NCBI GenBank assembly: GCA_964388035.1
Contig: CAYLZE010000036.1
Span: forward strand, 1-44,174
Source: an uncultured archaeon
GTDB taxonomy: Archaea > Asgardarchaeota > Lokiarchaeia > Sigyniarchaeales > SOKP01
Direction of reading: 5' to 3'
Length of the DNA stretch: 44,174 nt
The position numbers and the translations under genes were made by a program. The notes beneath the pieces are model-generated. The model was given only the letters and a program-made list of their open reading frames with translations, was not told the DNA's origin and ran no database searches. Positions within the stretch are counted from its first letter, which is position 1. Every line of letters begins with the position of its first letter. Shown here one piece after another: positions 1 to 10,011 of this stretch.

Positions 1-1
1 A

Positions 2-1429
2 TTATAGCTTCAATTCTCTTATCTTCTTTTTTAATTCAAAGACCGTATCTTGATCTAGGGGATACACGAACCAAAAGATTACCGCGCCAACAAGAAGGAG
101 TGCCATGGGAATGATCCCTATTAAAATATGAAATCCAAAGATAAAGCCCTGAATCTGTGCAGGGGTGGCAACTGCCTGTAGGTCTGCCAATGTGGCTACA
201 CCCGAAAATGCTGCGAATCCCGTGATGAAGAACACGATGGTAATGAGATAAGTATCGATTGTAGCTGCGAGACGATTGAATATGGAATTTATCCCTTGAA
301 CCATGCCCTTTTGATTCAACCCTGTCTTTACCATGTGATCGTCTAAGACGTGTGCATAAATTAGATTATTAAAGGTCCACATGTTCCCTACTGTAAAGCC
401 CAGAATTGCTGCAAAGATTAATAAGGATATTAGATTGAAGTAAAAGAAAAAGATACCAAAAGCTATTCCATAAATTATCATTCCAATCGTGTAAATCTTC
501 TTGGTATTTTGATATTTTTTCGCTAACGTGATCCAAACGGGAACAGATACTAAGGCGGCCACAAGCCAGACGGCTAAACCTATAACGATTAATCCGGGAC
601 TATTAAACTCAAAAGTAAAGATATAATATAACATACCCGTCATAATCCCATTTACGGTCATGTACAAGACCGTTGCTAAAAGTTGCATCCAAAAGCTTTT
701 CATTTTAAGTACGCTCCAATATCCTCTCCATAGGTTCATTCTTGGCGATGTATCTGCTAAGTAAAGATCTTTTACTTGTTGATCTTCGCGACATCCCGGA
801 AGATATAGAATTACGGACACTAAGGTAATAATGGCAATCGTTAATCCCATCAAACTAAAACTTGCCTCCGTCTGCCCACCAAAAAGGAGCAATGGGGGAA
901 TCAACATTCCAATTGCGATGGCAATCATTGAAATGGGGGTATTATAGCCCATTAGCAATCTTCGCTCTTCTTCAGTTCGGAATTTATCGGGGAATAATAA
1001 TTGGATGTTAATCATTGCGATAGCACCGAATAAATCAAAGACAAATAAAGACATTATTAACCATAAAAACGTGGGTAGGGGATCTATAGCTGCGGGAGGT
1101 AATGGGGGCACGGAAAATAAGAGATATAGACCAAGAGCCCACGGAATGGAACCTAAAACGATCCACGGAAAGCGTCGTCCCCATTTTGCGGTCCATCTAA
1201 AATTTCTATCAAGGAGCCATGCCACAATGGGATCATCAATCGCATCCCAAATTGAGAAAAGTAACAGCGCAATGGCGTAATATCCCACGTTTAGTCCAAT
1301 TATTTGCACGTAATAAAATAACAAAAAAAGATCAATGGGGGCAAAAACGAAGGACATAGTAAAGCGAGTAGTCCCAAATGAGAGATACGTTAATACAGAA
1401 TGCCGATTTTCTTTATATTCATTACTCAT
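2..1429 (-). CDS. MFS transporter, glycoside-pentoside-hexuronide (GPH/MelB-like) family
   Basis: 475 aa with about 12 hydrophobic segments; GPH motifs WDAIDDP and WGRRFPW. Confidence 0.9.
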   Translation of the reverse strand: MSNEYKENRHSVLTYLSFGTTRFTMSFVFAPIDLFLLFYYVQIIGLNVGYYAIALLLFSIWDAIDDPIVAWLLDRNFRWTAKWGRRFPWIVLGSIPWALGLYLLFSVPPLPPAAIDPLPTFLWLIMSLFVFDLFGAIAMINIQLLFPDKFRTEEERRLLMGYNTPISMIAIAIGMLIPPLLLFGGQTEASFSLMGLTIAIITLVSVILYLPGCREDQQVKDLYLADTSPRMNLWRGYWSVLKMKSFWMQLLATVLYMTVNGIMTGMLYYIFTFEFNSPGLIVIGLAVWLVAALVSVPVWITLAKKYQNTKKIYTIGMIIYGIAFGIFFFYFNLISLLIFAAILGFTVGNMWTFNNLIYAHVLDDHMVKTGLNQKGMVQGINSIFNRLAATIDTYLITIVFFITGFAAFSGVATLADLQAVATPAQIQGFIFGFHILIGIIPMALLLVGAVIFWFVYPLDQDTVFELKKKIRELKL

Positions 1430-1642
1430 TAATTTTCACTTTTTAAATGGTATTTTATAAAAATTATATGTTATGATCATTCTTAGTCAAATTAATATTT
1501 AAATATTTCTTAAACACTGTTCAGTATAAATTACGGGAAATAGAAAACTATAAAATATAAGCCGATAATTAATAAAATAAAAAAATGTAATAAAAAATCA
1601 ATGTTCTTCGTATCAAATTTAAATAACATGGGTTGAGACATT

Positions 1643-2746
1643 ATGGGGTTAGAATTATCAAAATATGCAAAATTTGTGATTGAATATAGTGTAGATGTCC
1701 AAAAGGGAGATAAGGCTTTAATTCTTGGTCCGTCAGAATCCATCCCCCTTATAAAAGAGTTATATCGGGAAATTCTCAAAGCCGGAGGTCATCCTCATCG
1801 CCCTTTCATTGATTTTCCCGAGCAGGAATATATCTTCTATAAAGAAGCTCAAGATTTTCAATTAGATTATAAGGATCCCTTCGATCTTTATGCCATGCAA
1901 AATATAGACGTGTTGGTCATGATACAAAGTATAATGAATACGAGAGAATTATCTAATATCCCTCCTCAGAAGATCCAGCAAAAGAAAATGGCAGATTTCG
2001 GAATGATGGCAACTTTTTATAAACGACAAGCAATGGGGGAGTTAAAATGGACCATGATTCCCTATCCGACCGTGGCACTGGCGCAAGATGCAAGCATGAG
2101 TCAAGAAGAGCTAGCAGGACTAATAACAAGGGCTTGTTTCCTGGATAAAGCCGATCCCATTGCTGCATGGAAGGAACTTCACGAAAAGCAAGAAACTTAC
2201 TGTAAATATTTAAACAAGGTAGATAAATTGCGATTTATTAGCAAGGACACGGATCTCGTAATGTCGGTTAAAGACAGGAAATGGATGAATAGTGATGGAA
2301 AAGGAAATTTACCGGATGGAGAGATTTATACCGGTCCTGTTGAAGATTCTGTCAATGGAAAAGTTAAATTTTCTTATCCTACCATGGATAAATCCCATGT
2401 AATTGATGGAATAGATTTAATGTTTCAGGATGGAGCTGTCGTAGAGGCAAGGGCAAGTAGGGGGCAAGAAGTATTAAATTCAATATTAGAAATTCCTGGT
2501 GCTCGGCGGGTTGGAGAAATAGCTGTTGGAACGAATTGGGCGCTTAATGCGTTCGTGGGAAATATTTTATTTGATGAGAAAATGGGCGGAACGTTCCATT
2601 TAGCTCTCGGGAGCGGATATCCGGAGACGGGCAGCAAGAATGAAAGCAGCACGCATAAAGATCTCCTCTGCGATATGAAAACCCAGGGAAAAATCTATGC
2701 TGATGACCGGTTAATTTATGAGAATGGCAAGTTTCTCATTTCTTAA
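1643..2746 (+). CDS. Aminopeptidase, M29 (AmpS/PepS-like thermophilic metallopeptidase) family
   Basis: Motifs NLPDGEIYTGP, GEIAVG, LFDEKMGGTFHLALG and STHKD (metal ligands). Confidence 0.92.
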   Translation: MGLELSKYAKFVIEYSVDVQKGDKALILGPSESIPLIKELYREILKAGGHPHRPFIDFPEQEYIFYKEAQDFQLDYKDPFDLYAMQNIDVLVMIQSIMNTRELSNIPPQKIQQKKMADFGMMATFYKRQAMGELKWTMIPYPTVALAQDASMSQEELAGLITRACFLDKADPIAAWKELHEKQETYCKYLNKVDKLRFISKDTDLVMSVKDRKWMNSDGKGNLPDGEIYTGPVEDSVNGKVKFSYPTMDKSHVIDGIDLMFQDGAVVEARASRGQEVLNSILEIPGARRVGEIAVGTNWALNAFVGNILFDEKMGGTFHLALGSGYPETGSKNESSTHKDLLCDMKTQGKIYADDRLIYENGKFLIS

Positions 2747-2819
2747 AATTTTTGTCAATTTTGAACGATAAGTTAGAAGAATAATGATTTAATCTATTAA
2801 TATAAAATAGGGGAAAAAA

Positions 2820-3920
2820 ATGATAAAGCGATTAGATAAAGTAATTCCAAAGTTGTTAGAAAAACTCAATATACCCGGAGTTTCGATTGCGTTTATTTCC
2901 AATTCTGAAATCTCTTCAATCAATACTTTTGGATATGCTGATAAGGAAAAAGGAATCCCTATCACTGAAAAGACGTGGTTCCAAGTGGCTTCGATTTCTA
3001 AACCAGTCTCGGCATGGGGGGTAATGAAATTAGTAGAAAAAAATGCTATCTCCTTGGAAGATCCTATAGAGAAATATTTAACGCGATGGCATTTACCCCC
3101 TTCTAAATTTAACCACGATGAGGTCACCATAAAGCGCGTTTTAAGCCATAGTGCAGGATTATCCCTGTCGGGCTATCAAGGAAATCCGCCCCAATACACT
3201 TTATTATCCATCGTAGATTCTCTCAATGGTAAGATCCCTGGACCCAAGGATGAGCATCAGTTAGAATATAGCAAGACTTGGGATTTTGACCCTCACAAGG
3301 AGGAATTCCCTCTAGAAGTAATTCAAGAACCAGGAGAAGAATTCATGTATTCTGGAGGGGGATATTCCATGCTACAGCTTCTTATTGAGGAAATATCCCA
3401 TCAAGGATTTAATGAATACATGAAAAACGAAATATTGGACCCCTTAGGAATGAAAGATGCCAGTTTTGCTTATCCTGATCCAACCTTAATCGCAACTCCG
3501 TATGATGAGAAAATGAACCCGCTCCCTCTTTACAAATTCGAAGCGAAAGCAGCGGGAGGACTTAATTCGACCATAATAGAACTGGCTAAGTTTGGAATCG
3601 CAGAAATGGAAGGTCCAAATGGAGAGATTCCTGGGAGGGGCGTTTTGGCACCAGAAACCGTTAATTTAATGCATCAAGGCATTATTGCTGCGGGAGATGA
3701 TTTCGGATATCAATGGAAATATGGATTGGGACATTATATCACGGAAGTTGAAGGATTAAAAGTCATCCAGCATAGCGGGGGACATATAGGGTGGAGGAGC
3801 ATGTTGGTAATAATTCCTCAATTGAAGGAAGGCATTGTAATCTTGATCAATACCAGTGCTGGAAATCCATTATGGGCGAATATTATGACCCGCTGGTCGA
3901 AAGAAGTACTAAAAAGTTAA
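2820..3920 (+). CDS. Serine hydrolase, beta-lactamase class C / AmpC-like (peptidase S12) family
   Basis: SxxK motif (FQVASISK), LSHSAGL, PGEEFMYSGGGY and HSGG. Confidence 0.9.
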   Translation: MIKRLDKVIPKLLEKLNIPGVSIAFISNSEISSINTFGYADKEKGIPITEKTWFQVASISKPVSAWGVMKLVEKNAISLEDPIEKYLTRWHLPPSKFNHDEVTIKRVLSHSAGLSLSGYQGNPPQYTLLSIVDSLNGKIPGPKDEHQLEYSKTWDFDPHKEEFPLEVIQEPGEEFMYSGGGYSMLQLLIEEISHQGFNEYMKNEILDPLGMKDASFAYPDPTLIATPYDEKMNPLPLYKFEAKAAGGLNSTIIELAKFGIAEMEGPNGEIPGRGVLAPETVNLMHQGIIAAGDDFGYQWKYGLGHYITEVEGLKVIQHSGGHIGWRSMLVIIPQLKEGIVILINTSAGNPLWANIMTRWSKEVLKS

Positions 3921-3951
3921 TGTAGGTTTACACGCTATATTAATTTCATTA

Positions 3952-4176
3952 TTATTCTGATTTATAATGCTTAAGTAGAAGTTTGCTGACTTCTTCCCCC
4001 AATTTTAATGCTTCCTCTGGTATAATTTCGCTATCTAATCTGAAATTTTTTAAAAAATTGAGTTCTATAATTTTTTGTTTAATTGACGTTCTCACTACCT
4101 CTAACCAGTTAATTCCTGGATATTTATCCATTTCTTCTTTCGGATCTTCGGGAATGGAGAAAGTGATATTTGGCAT
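3952..4176 (-). CDS. Small ribbon-helix-helix protein (archaeal antitoxin/CopG-like), orphan and possibly decaying
   Basis: MPNITFSIPED...M..YP.INW.EVVR..I pattern typical of archaeal RHH antitoxins; no toxin ORF follows. Confidence 0.65.
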   Translation of the reverse strand: MPNITFSIPEDPKEEMDKYPGINWLEVVRTSIKQKIIELNFLKNFRLDSEIIPEEALKLGEEVSKLLLKHYKSE

Positions 4177-4396
4177 TTTAATAGGTTTCTAAGATAGAAT
4201 TTGCATATATCATGTAATTATATGTGAATTCGCAATATATCTTTTTTGATTATTTGGATTCTTTTTTAATCTCAATTTAATATAAATTTAACTTAAAATC
4301 GATGTACTAATTAATAATTTTATGATCCATTGATTTTGAGAATTTATTTAATTACATTTTATCAACTTGAATATCACCGAGATATATACCTTCCAC

Positions 4397-4416
4397 CGTG
4401 AAAGAGGGATTTCACG
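4397..4416. promoter_or_regulatory. Perfect inverted repeat CGTGAAA-N6-TTTCACG, a candidate operator or RNA hairpin
   Basis: 7-bp arms read directly; GC-rich patch in an AT-rich divergent intergenic region, 43 nt before the 4460 start. Confidence 0.35.
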
Positions 4417-4459
4417 AACTTAATTAAGAATATTTCTTTTTTTATAAGGGAAGATTAAC

Positions 4460-5338
4460 ATGAAAATTGATACGAGTTTAGTGGATACTCCTTATAAAGA
4501 CTATAACGTGAAAATTGATTGGAGAAGTACGATGAATTTTGCGGCTGCAATTGAGGACGATAGTCCATATTATTTCGATGATGAACGAGAGGGGGGAATC
4601 GTGGCACACCCGATGCATGTGGTGGCGGTGACTTGGCCAATCATACAAAATCTTTCAGAATATATTCTATCAACTGATTTTCCAATCAAAGCTATAAATA
4701 AAGTGGTTCATTACACTGAGCACATTATCCTCAATCGATTAATAAGACCTGGTGATGAGCTTACCATAAAAGGTAAAATTGCTGCAATTTTTCCACATCG
4801 AGCGGGAACTCAATTAATCCAGCGTTTCGATGCAATAAATGAAGCCAACGAACCAGTATTTACGGAATATATGGGGGGTTTACTTAGAGGGATTGGTTGT
4901 AAAGGAGAACCAAGAGGAGTAGGTACTATTCCAGAAATACCGAATTGGGATACTACGCAAGAGAAAATTTGGAGCCAATTGGTTCCCATAGATAAATTGA
5001 GATCATTCATTTATGATGGTTGCACGCAAATATTTTTCCCCATTCATACTTCAAAAAAGTTTGCCCATTTTGTTGGTTTACCAGATATCATTTTACAAGG
5101 AACTGCAACCTTAGCTTATGCTGTAAAAGAAATAATCCATCGAGAAGCAAAGGGAGATCCTCTTAAAATCTCACACATTGCTTGTAAGTTCACGGGAATG
5201 GTTTTTCCCGGAACAAATATCCAAATAAATCTAATTGGCAAAGAAGAAAGAAAAGATGGATATAATCTATATTTCGACGTGGAGAATAATCAAAATCAGA
5301 AAGCGATAAGAGAGGGATACGTGCATTTAAAAAAATAA
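4460..5338 (+). CDS. Double hot-dog MaoC/PaaZ-like acyl dehydratase family protein
   Basis: N-terminal hot-dog (AHPMH...VVHYTEH...PGD) and C-terminal hydratase-like segment FPIH...GLPDIILQG...FTGMVFPG. Confidence 0.8.
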   Translation: MKIDTSLVDTPYKDYNVKIDWRSTMNFAAAIEDDSPYYFDDEREGGIVAHPMHVVAVTWPIIQNLSEYILSTDFPIKAINKVVHYTEHIILNRLIRPGDELTIKGKIAAIFPHRAGTQLIQRFDAINEANEPVFTEYMGGLLRGIGCKGEPRGVGTIPEIPNWDTTQEKIWSQLVPIDKLRSFIYDGCTQIFFPIHTSKKFAHFVGLPDIILQGTATLAYAVKEIIHREAKGDPLKISHIACKFTGMVFPGTNIQINLIGKEERKDGYNLYFDVENNQNQKAIREGYVHLKK

Positions 5339-5389
5339 GTAAATATTTCCACTATTCTGATAAGTTTTTCTTTCTAATGGGCAAATTTT

Positions 5390-6331
5390 TCATGTAAATA
5401 ACACGATTAGCACACCCATTAAAATTATCAATATTCCAATCAATTCCATTTTCTTGATCTTTTCTTTATTTATAAGATAAGAAAATGGTATGGTGAATAG
5501 GGGAATGGCAGTATTTATTAAAGATAAAAAAACCGCTCCAGCAGTTCGAGCTGATTCTGCAAATAAGATACTTCCTAAGGCACTACTAATTAAAGCGGAT
5601 ACCAGAAGGTAAGACCATGTATGGGATGTTCTAGGTACGGATTGTTTGCGTTCTACCTTTAATGCGATGATGCCTAATACTAAAGAGGCAAAAAGATAGC
5701 GAATTGTTAGACCTATAATCGTGCTCATGATTCCAATATTGAGTTCAGTATTAATCTGATTCATTGAATAGTCCGTTAAAATAATTCCAATTGACCAAGA
5801 AACTGCAGCCAAAAGAGCCATTATCGTTCCTATTAAAGATCCTCTACTGACATTTTCATCTTTTTCCTCAATTATTTGATTATCCCTATCCTCTTCTTTT
5901 CCTTTAACTTTTTTATAGTTGATGATGATCACGCCTAAAGAAATGAATATTCCTGAAATAATTAAATTGAAGGAAAGGGGTCTATTTAAAAAGAAAACTG
6001 AAAATGCTATAGTTAAAAAGGGAGAGATCGTAGTTATTGATAAGGTTTTTGCAGGATCTAAATAATTCTGTGATTTTAACGCCAGAGAATCTCCGAAAAT
6101 GACCATTAATAAAATGCTGCCTATAAGCACTAACCATAATTCTGCTGAAACCTGAAAGAGTACTAAAAAAAAACCACTAAATATACAAATTATTATAAGC
6201 ACTATTAAGGAAGTGATGGAACGGATAGCGTTTTGAAAAATTGGAGATGCTTGATATCGAATGTTTCTTGCCATAACAAACCCCAACGCAAAAGCTACAA
6301 TAGTTAAAATCCCCAGGGTTTCTCCGTACAT
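5390..6331 (-). CDS. DMT/EamA family transporter
   Basis: About 10 TM segments in two EamA repeats (ISPFLT...FLNRP; IPLFT...INKEK). Confidence 0.88.
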   Translation of the reverse strand: MYGETLGILTIVAFALGFVMARNIRYQASPIFQNAIRSITSLIVLIIICIFSGFFLVLFQVSAELWLVLIGSILLMVIFGDSLALKSQNYLDPAKTLSITTISPFLTIAFSVFFLNRPLSFNLIISGIFISLGVIIINYKKVKGKEEDRDNQIIEEKDENVSRGSLIGTIMALLAAVSWSIGIILTDYSMNQINTELNIGIMSTIIGLTIRYLFASLVLGIIALKVERKQSVPRTSHTWSYLLVSALISSALGSILFAESARTAGAVFLSLINTAIPLFTIPFSYLINKEKIKKMELIGILIILMGVLIVLFT

Positions 6332-6462
6332 GATTATTAACAGTGTTTAATTAAAAAATAAATTTAAATTAATAAAAAACCTAATAAAGATAATAAAGCG
6401 ATGATAAATTAAAAATTTATAAAATCAATGTTCATTAAATTTTTAAAAAAACGATGATTTAA

Positions 6463-7197
6463 TTGGTAGAAAAGGAGAAAATTAAAAAAGATTTATCGAA
6501 AAATAAAGCGAGAACCAAGAAAAGAATTAGATCTAAGGAAGATAAGTTCAAAAAACTTCAAGAAATTATAGATGCAGGAAGTAAGCTTTATGTAACAAAA
6601 GGATGGGAAGGATTTGGAATGCGTGCCCTTGCTAAACAACTTGGCATGTCCGAAGGAAATCTATACAATTATATTAAGAGCAAGAGAGAATTATACATTG
6701 CGATACGTAGCAAGTATTTTGAATATTTCACGGCTAAATTAAAAAAAATCATTAATAAAAATCGGGGAAAAATTTCCTATATTGATTTATTCATGAAGAT
6801 CGCGGAGTTTTATTTAGATTTTGCTTTTGAAGATTTTCCGCGATATAATATGATAAATATCATAGCACCACCTTCTTCGGATGAAAAAGGTCCTTTTGAG
6901 CAAACGTACCAGACCTTCAATATTCTTAAAATCATCCAAGATTTAATAGAAGAAGCCACCGAAGCCAAGGAATTGAAAGTGGAAGATTCTGAACTTCTAG
7001 CTTATCATTTTTATGGATTAGTATATGGGGCAGTGAAGGTAATTAGAGAATTTGATCACGTCGATCCGATATTGGAACCCATTATCCCACATAATAAATT
7101 AGCTATCGAGGAATATAGAAGTTTGATCAGGGAAAAATATAGAATCTTTTTTCTAAAACAAATTAAGGACCAATTAGAATCATCTAAATTAACTTGA
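6463..7197 (+). CDS. TetR/AcrR family transcriptional regulator
   Basis: HTH motif GWEGFGMRALAKQLGMSEGNLYNYIKSKREL; TTG start. Confidence 0.92.
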   Translation: MVEKEKIKKDLSKNKARTKKRIRSKEDKFKKLQEIIDAGSKLYVTKGWEGFGMRALAKQLGMSEGNLYNYIKSKRELYIAIRSKYFEYFTAKLKKIINKNRGKISYIDLFMKIAEFYLDFAFEDFPRYNMINIIAPPSSDEKGPFEQTYQTFNILKIIQDLIEEATEAKELKVEDSELLAYHFYGLVYGAVKVIREFDHVDPILEPIIPHNKLAIEEYRSLIREKYRIFFLKQIKDQLESSKLT

Positions 7198-7259
7198 TTG
7201 AAATAAAATTTAATAGAGAGAGTTAGGAAGGCGAATAAGCTATTAATTTTAAATCGAAA

Positions 7260-8672
7260 ATGATTGATAAAGGCATTGAAAATGCTCAAATTACCACTTA
7301 TGGTAAATGCTTTTTAATGCAATTTCCGGAAGATAAATATAGACCTCCCATTTTACATCTTCAAGGAAATCCCTACGAAGTGGGTAAGGCACATGGATAT
7401 CTTTACTCGGATAAAATAACTCAATTTTTTGCCGAATATTTCACTCCCGTTGCTGCGATGTTTGGTGGATGGCAGCCTGAATCCGGAATATCGCCATCGT
7501 TAGAACAAATGAATGCCGGTAAAGAGGTAATTTTTTCCCTTGCAGAAAATAGATGCATACCCGCGATAAAAGCGCAAGAAGCTGATTATTGGAGGGAAAT
7601 TGAAGGGCTATACGATGGTTTGAAAGAAGCAGGTTCTCCTCTGCAATGGAACGATATTTTAATGGGAAATTGCATGCCTGAAGACGCTTGGATGCTACGG
7701 GATCAAGATTGTAGTAATTTTGCCGCTTGGGATAAAGCAACGGGGAACGGCAAGCTCATACATGGCGTTAACATGGATTTTGAAACATTTGATGTCATGC
7801 AGTATCATGTAAGTATCATGGTTGCCAAACCGGAAAAGGGATATTCATTTTTAGGGATTCATTCCATGGGGAATATCTCTCCGAATTCCTGGATTAATGA
7901 AAAGGGATTGAGCTATGGCGAAATGACGTGTAATTCCGTCAAGGTGAAATGGCCTCAAATTCCCCATTTAATGCATGGTAGGAAAATTGCCCAAGAAGCT
8001 TCTACGATAAAAGAAGCTTATTCAATTTTGGAGAATACGGGGGGCACGACGGGATGGGCTAACTTGATTGCTGAAGGAATGGGGAATAATCCGCACGCGG
8101 CAGACATTGAATTAGTAGGTAAAGATCTTACGATTAGATATGAAGATCCCGAATTCAAGAATGTAATTTGGGTTACCAATATTTTCACGTGCTATCCAGG
8201 ATTTCAAGGGTATGAAGGAATTAACATGATCCCCGGTCAGGTATCTTATTGGATGCAATTAGATGAAAAAGACATGCCTGATTATATTGATCCCTCCATT
8301 ACATTGGAAGATGTTAGCACTCTGGAAAAATGGCGAGAAAACGTTATTTGTCCGAGATATGAACGCTATGCTGTCATGTTGAAAAAAGCACATGGTAAAA
8401 TTGATATTGAGAAAGCAATTGAAATTCAGAGCGATAAAGTTTTAACCTTAGATCGAATGCCTGGAAAAATTCAACTGACTCCTCCTTGCAAGCATTTCTT
8501 AGGGTATGAGAGACCTATTATTAGTAATAGGGTCAGTAGTGTATGGTCTTGTATATTCATTCCCCAAGATGGGGACGCATGGATTGCTGCTGGAGATATT
8601 CCTGCGCAAAATGGGAATTTTTGGAAGATTAATCTTTCTGCTCATTTAGAATTGATGGAAAAGCATAATTAA
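7260..8672 (+). CDS. C45 family autoproteolytic Ntn-hydrolase (acyl-CoA:6-APA acyltransferase-like)
   Basis: Alpha-chain motif GNPYEVGKAHG, internal nucleophile D|CSNFAAW, HGVNMDF, INEKGL and VTN. Confidence 0.8.
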   Translation: MIDKGIENAQITTYGKCFLMQFPEDKYRPPILHLQGNPYEVGKAHGYLYSDKITQFFAEYFTPVAAMFGGWQPESGISPSLEQMNAGKEVIFSLAENRCIPAIKAQEADYWREIEGLYDGLKEAGSPLQWNDILMGNCMPEDAWMLRDQDCSNFAAWDKATGNGKLIHGVNMDFETFDVMQYHVSIMVAKPEKGYSFLGIHSMGNISPNSWINEKGLSYGEMTCNSVKVKWPQIPHLMHGRKIAQEASTIKEAYSILENTGGTTGWANLIAEGMGNNPHAADIELVGKDLTIRYEDPEFKNVIWVTNIFTCYPGFQGYEGINMIPGQVSYWMQLDEKDMPDYIDPSITLEDVSTLEKWRENVICPRYERYAVMLKKAHGKIDIEKAIEIQSDKVLTLDRMPGKIQLTPPCKHFLGYERPIISNRVSSVWSCIFIPQDGDAWIAAGDIPAQNGNFWKINLSAHLELMEKHN

Positions 8673-8708
8673 TTAACTTAAAAAAAAGAATTAACAAGGT
8701 GTTTAAAA

Positions 8709-9968
8709 ATAATCACTAAATCTAATTTTCCAGATTATCCAATAGAACGTATTAGAGCACAATTTCCGGCATTGAAACGAGAATTAAACGGAAAAAAAGT
8801 GGTATATTTGGATGGACCATCGGGATCTCAAATGGTAGGATCTGCAATTGAAGCCATTCATGATTACATGTCTAATGGATGTGCAAATGTTCACGGTAAG
8901 TTTCCCACGAGTATTGAAACGGAAAAACATATTGCGGAAGCAAGGCAAGCAATTGCGGATCTGGTGGGAGCTAGACCAGAAGAAGTTATATTTGGTCCAA
9001 ACACGACCACGTTAGCATTTTCCATTTCCAGGGCTATAAGTCGCACGTGGAAAAAAGGGGATGAGATTGTTGTAACTGAATTAGATCACCGGGCTAATGT
9101 GGACTCATGGCGATTAGCGGCTGAGGATAAAGAAGCTAAAATACGATGGATAAAGCTCGATACTGAAAATTTAACTTTAAAATATGATGAATTGGAAGAA
9201 TTAATCAATAATAATACTAAAGTGTTAGCAGTAGGGTTAGCATCCAACGGAGTCGGAACTATAAATGACGTTAAAACTATATCCTCCTTGGCTAAAAATG
9301 TAAGTGCTATAGTTGTGGTAGATGCCGTTCACGCCACACCACATATTTCCATTGATCGTGATGCTTTAGGAGCTGACATCATTTTTTGTTCAGCTTACAA
9401 GTTTTTTGGTCCCTATATAGGCTGTGCCATAGTGAAAAAATCCTTGTTAGAATCACTCAAACCATATAAGGTAATTTCTTCACCAGAATACGTTCCAGAT
9501 AATTTTGAAACAGGCACTCAAAATCATGCGGGATTGGCCGCAATGAAGCCCGTTATCGATTTCATTGCAAGTCTTGGGGAAGGACAAAATAGAAGAGAAA
9601 AAATTGTAAATGCTTTTACGAGGATTGAAAAGTATGAGAATTCTCTAGCTAGCAAGATTAGATCCGCATTAAAGAAAATGCCTGAAGTAACGTTATTACA
9701 AGCCCCCGATCACGTGCCTAAAACCCCAACTATTTCATTTCGAATTAAAAGTATCCCCCCTTCAGAAGCATGCAAGTTTCTGTGTGATCATCATTCCATA
9801 TTTGTTGGAGATGGTCATTTTTATGCCCAAACCATAGGAGATATCCTGGATATAAACAAATCTGGAGGGTGGGTTCGCGCTGGAATTGGCCCCTACAATA
9901 CCGAAGAAGAAATGGATCGATTCATTCAAGGTATCCAAGATTTATTAGAAAATTATCCCAAGAAATAA
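8709..9968 (+). CDS. Cysteine desulfurase-like class V PLP aminotransferase (subfamily lacking the persulfide Cys); probable ATA start
   Basis: IRAQFPAL lies upstream of the 8772 TTG; YLDGPSGSQ, LDHRAN, VDAVH, PLP Lys in SAYKF, FETGT; GDGHFYA replaces RxGHHCA. Confidence 0.85.
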   Translation: MITKSNFPDYPIERIRAQFPALKRELNGKKVVYLDGPSGSQMVGSAIEAIHDYMSNGCANVHGKFPTSIETEKHIAEARQAIADLVGARPEEVIFGPNTTTLAFSISRAISRTWKKGDEIVVTELDHRANVDSWRLAAEDKEAKIRWIKLDTENLTLKYDELEELINNNTKVLAVGLASNGVGTINDVKTISSLAKNVSAIVVVDAVHATPHISIDRDALGADIIFCSAYKFFGPYIGCAIVKKSLLESLKPYKVISSPEYVPDNFETGTQNHAGLAAMKPVIDFIASLGEGQNRREKIVNAFTRIEKYENSLASKIRSALKKMPEVTLLQAPDHVPKTPTISFRIKSIPPSEACKFLCDHHSIFVGDGHFYAQTIGDILDINKSGGWVRAGIGPYNTEEEMDRFIQGIQDLLENYPKK

Positions 9969-10011
9969 CTACCAATCAATGAAGACTATAAATAAAGAAA
10001 GGTGAAATATA

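Noticed and set aside
2820-9968. Beta-lactam biosynthetic cluster
   Set aside because: Only fold-level resemblance; no NRPS, IPNS or beta-lactam synthetase is present.
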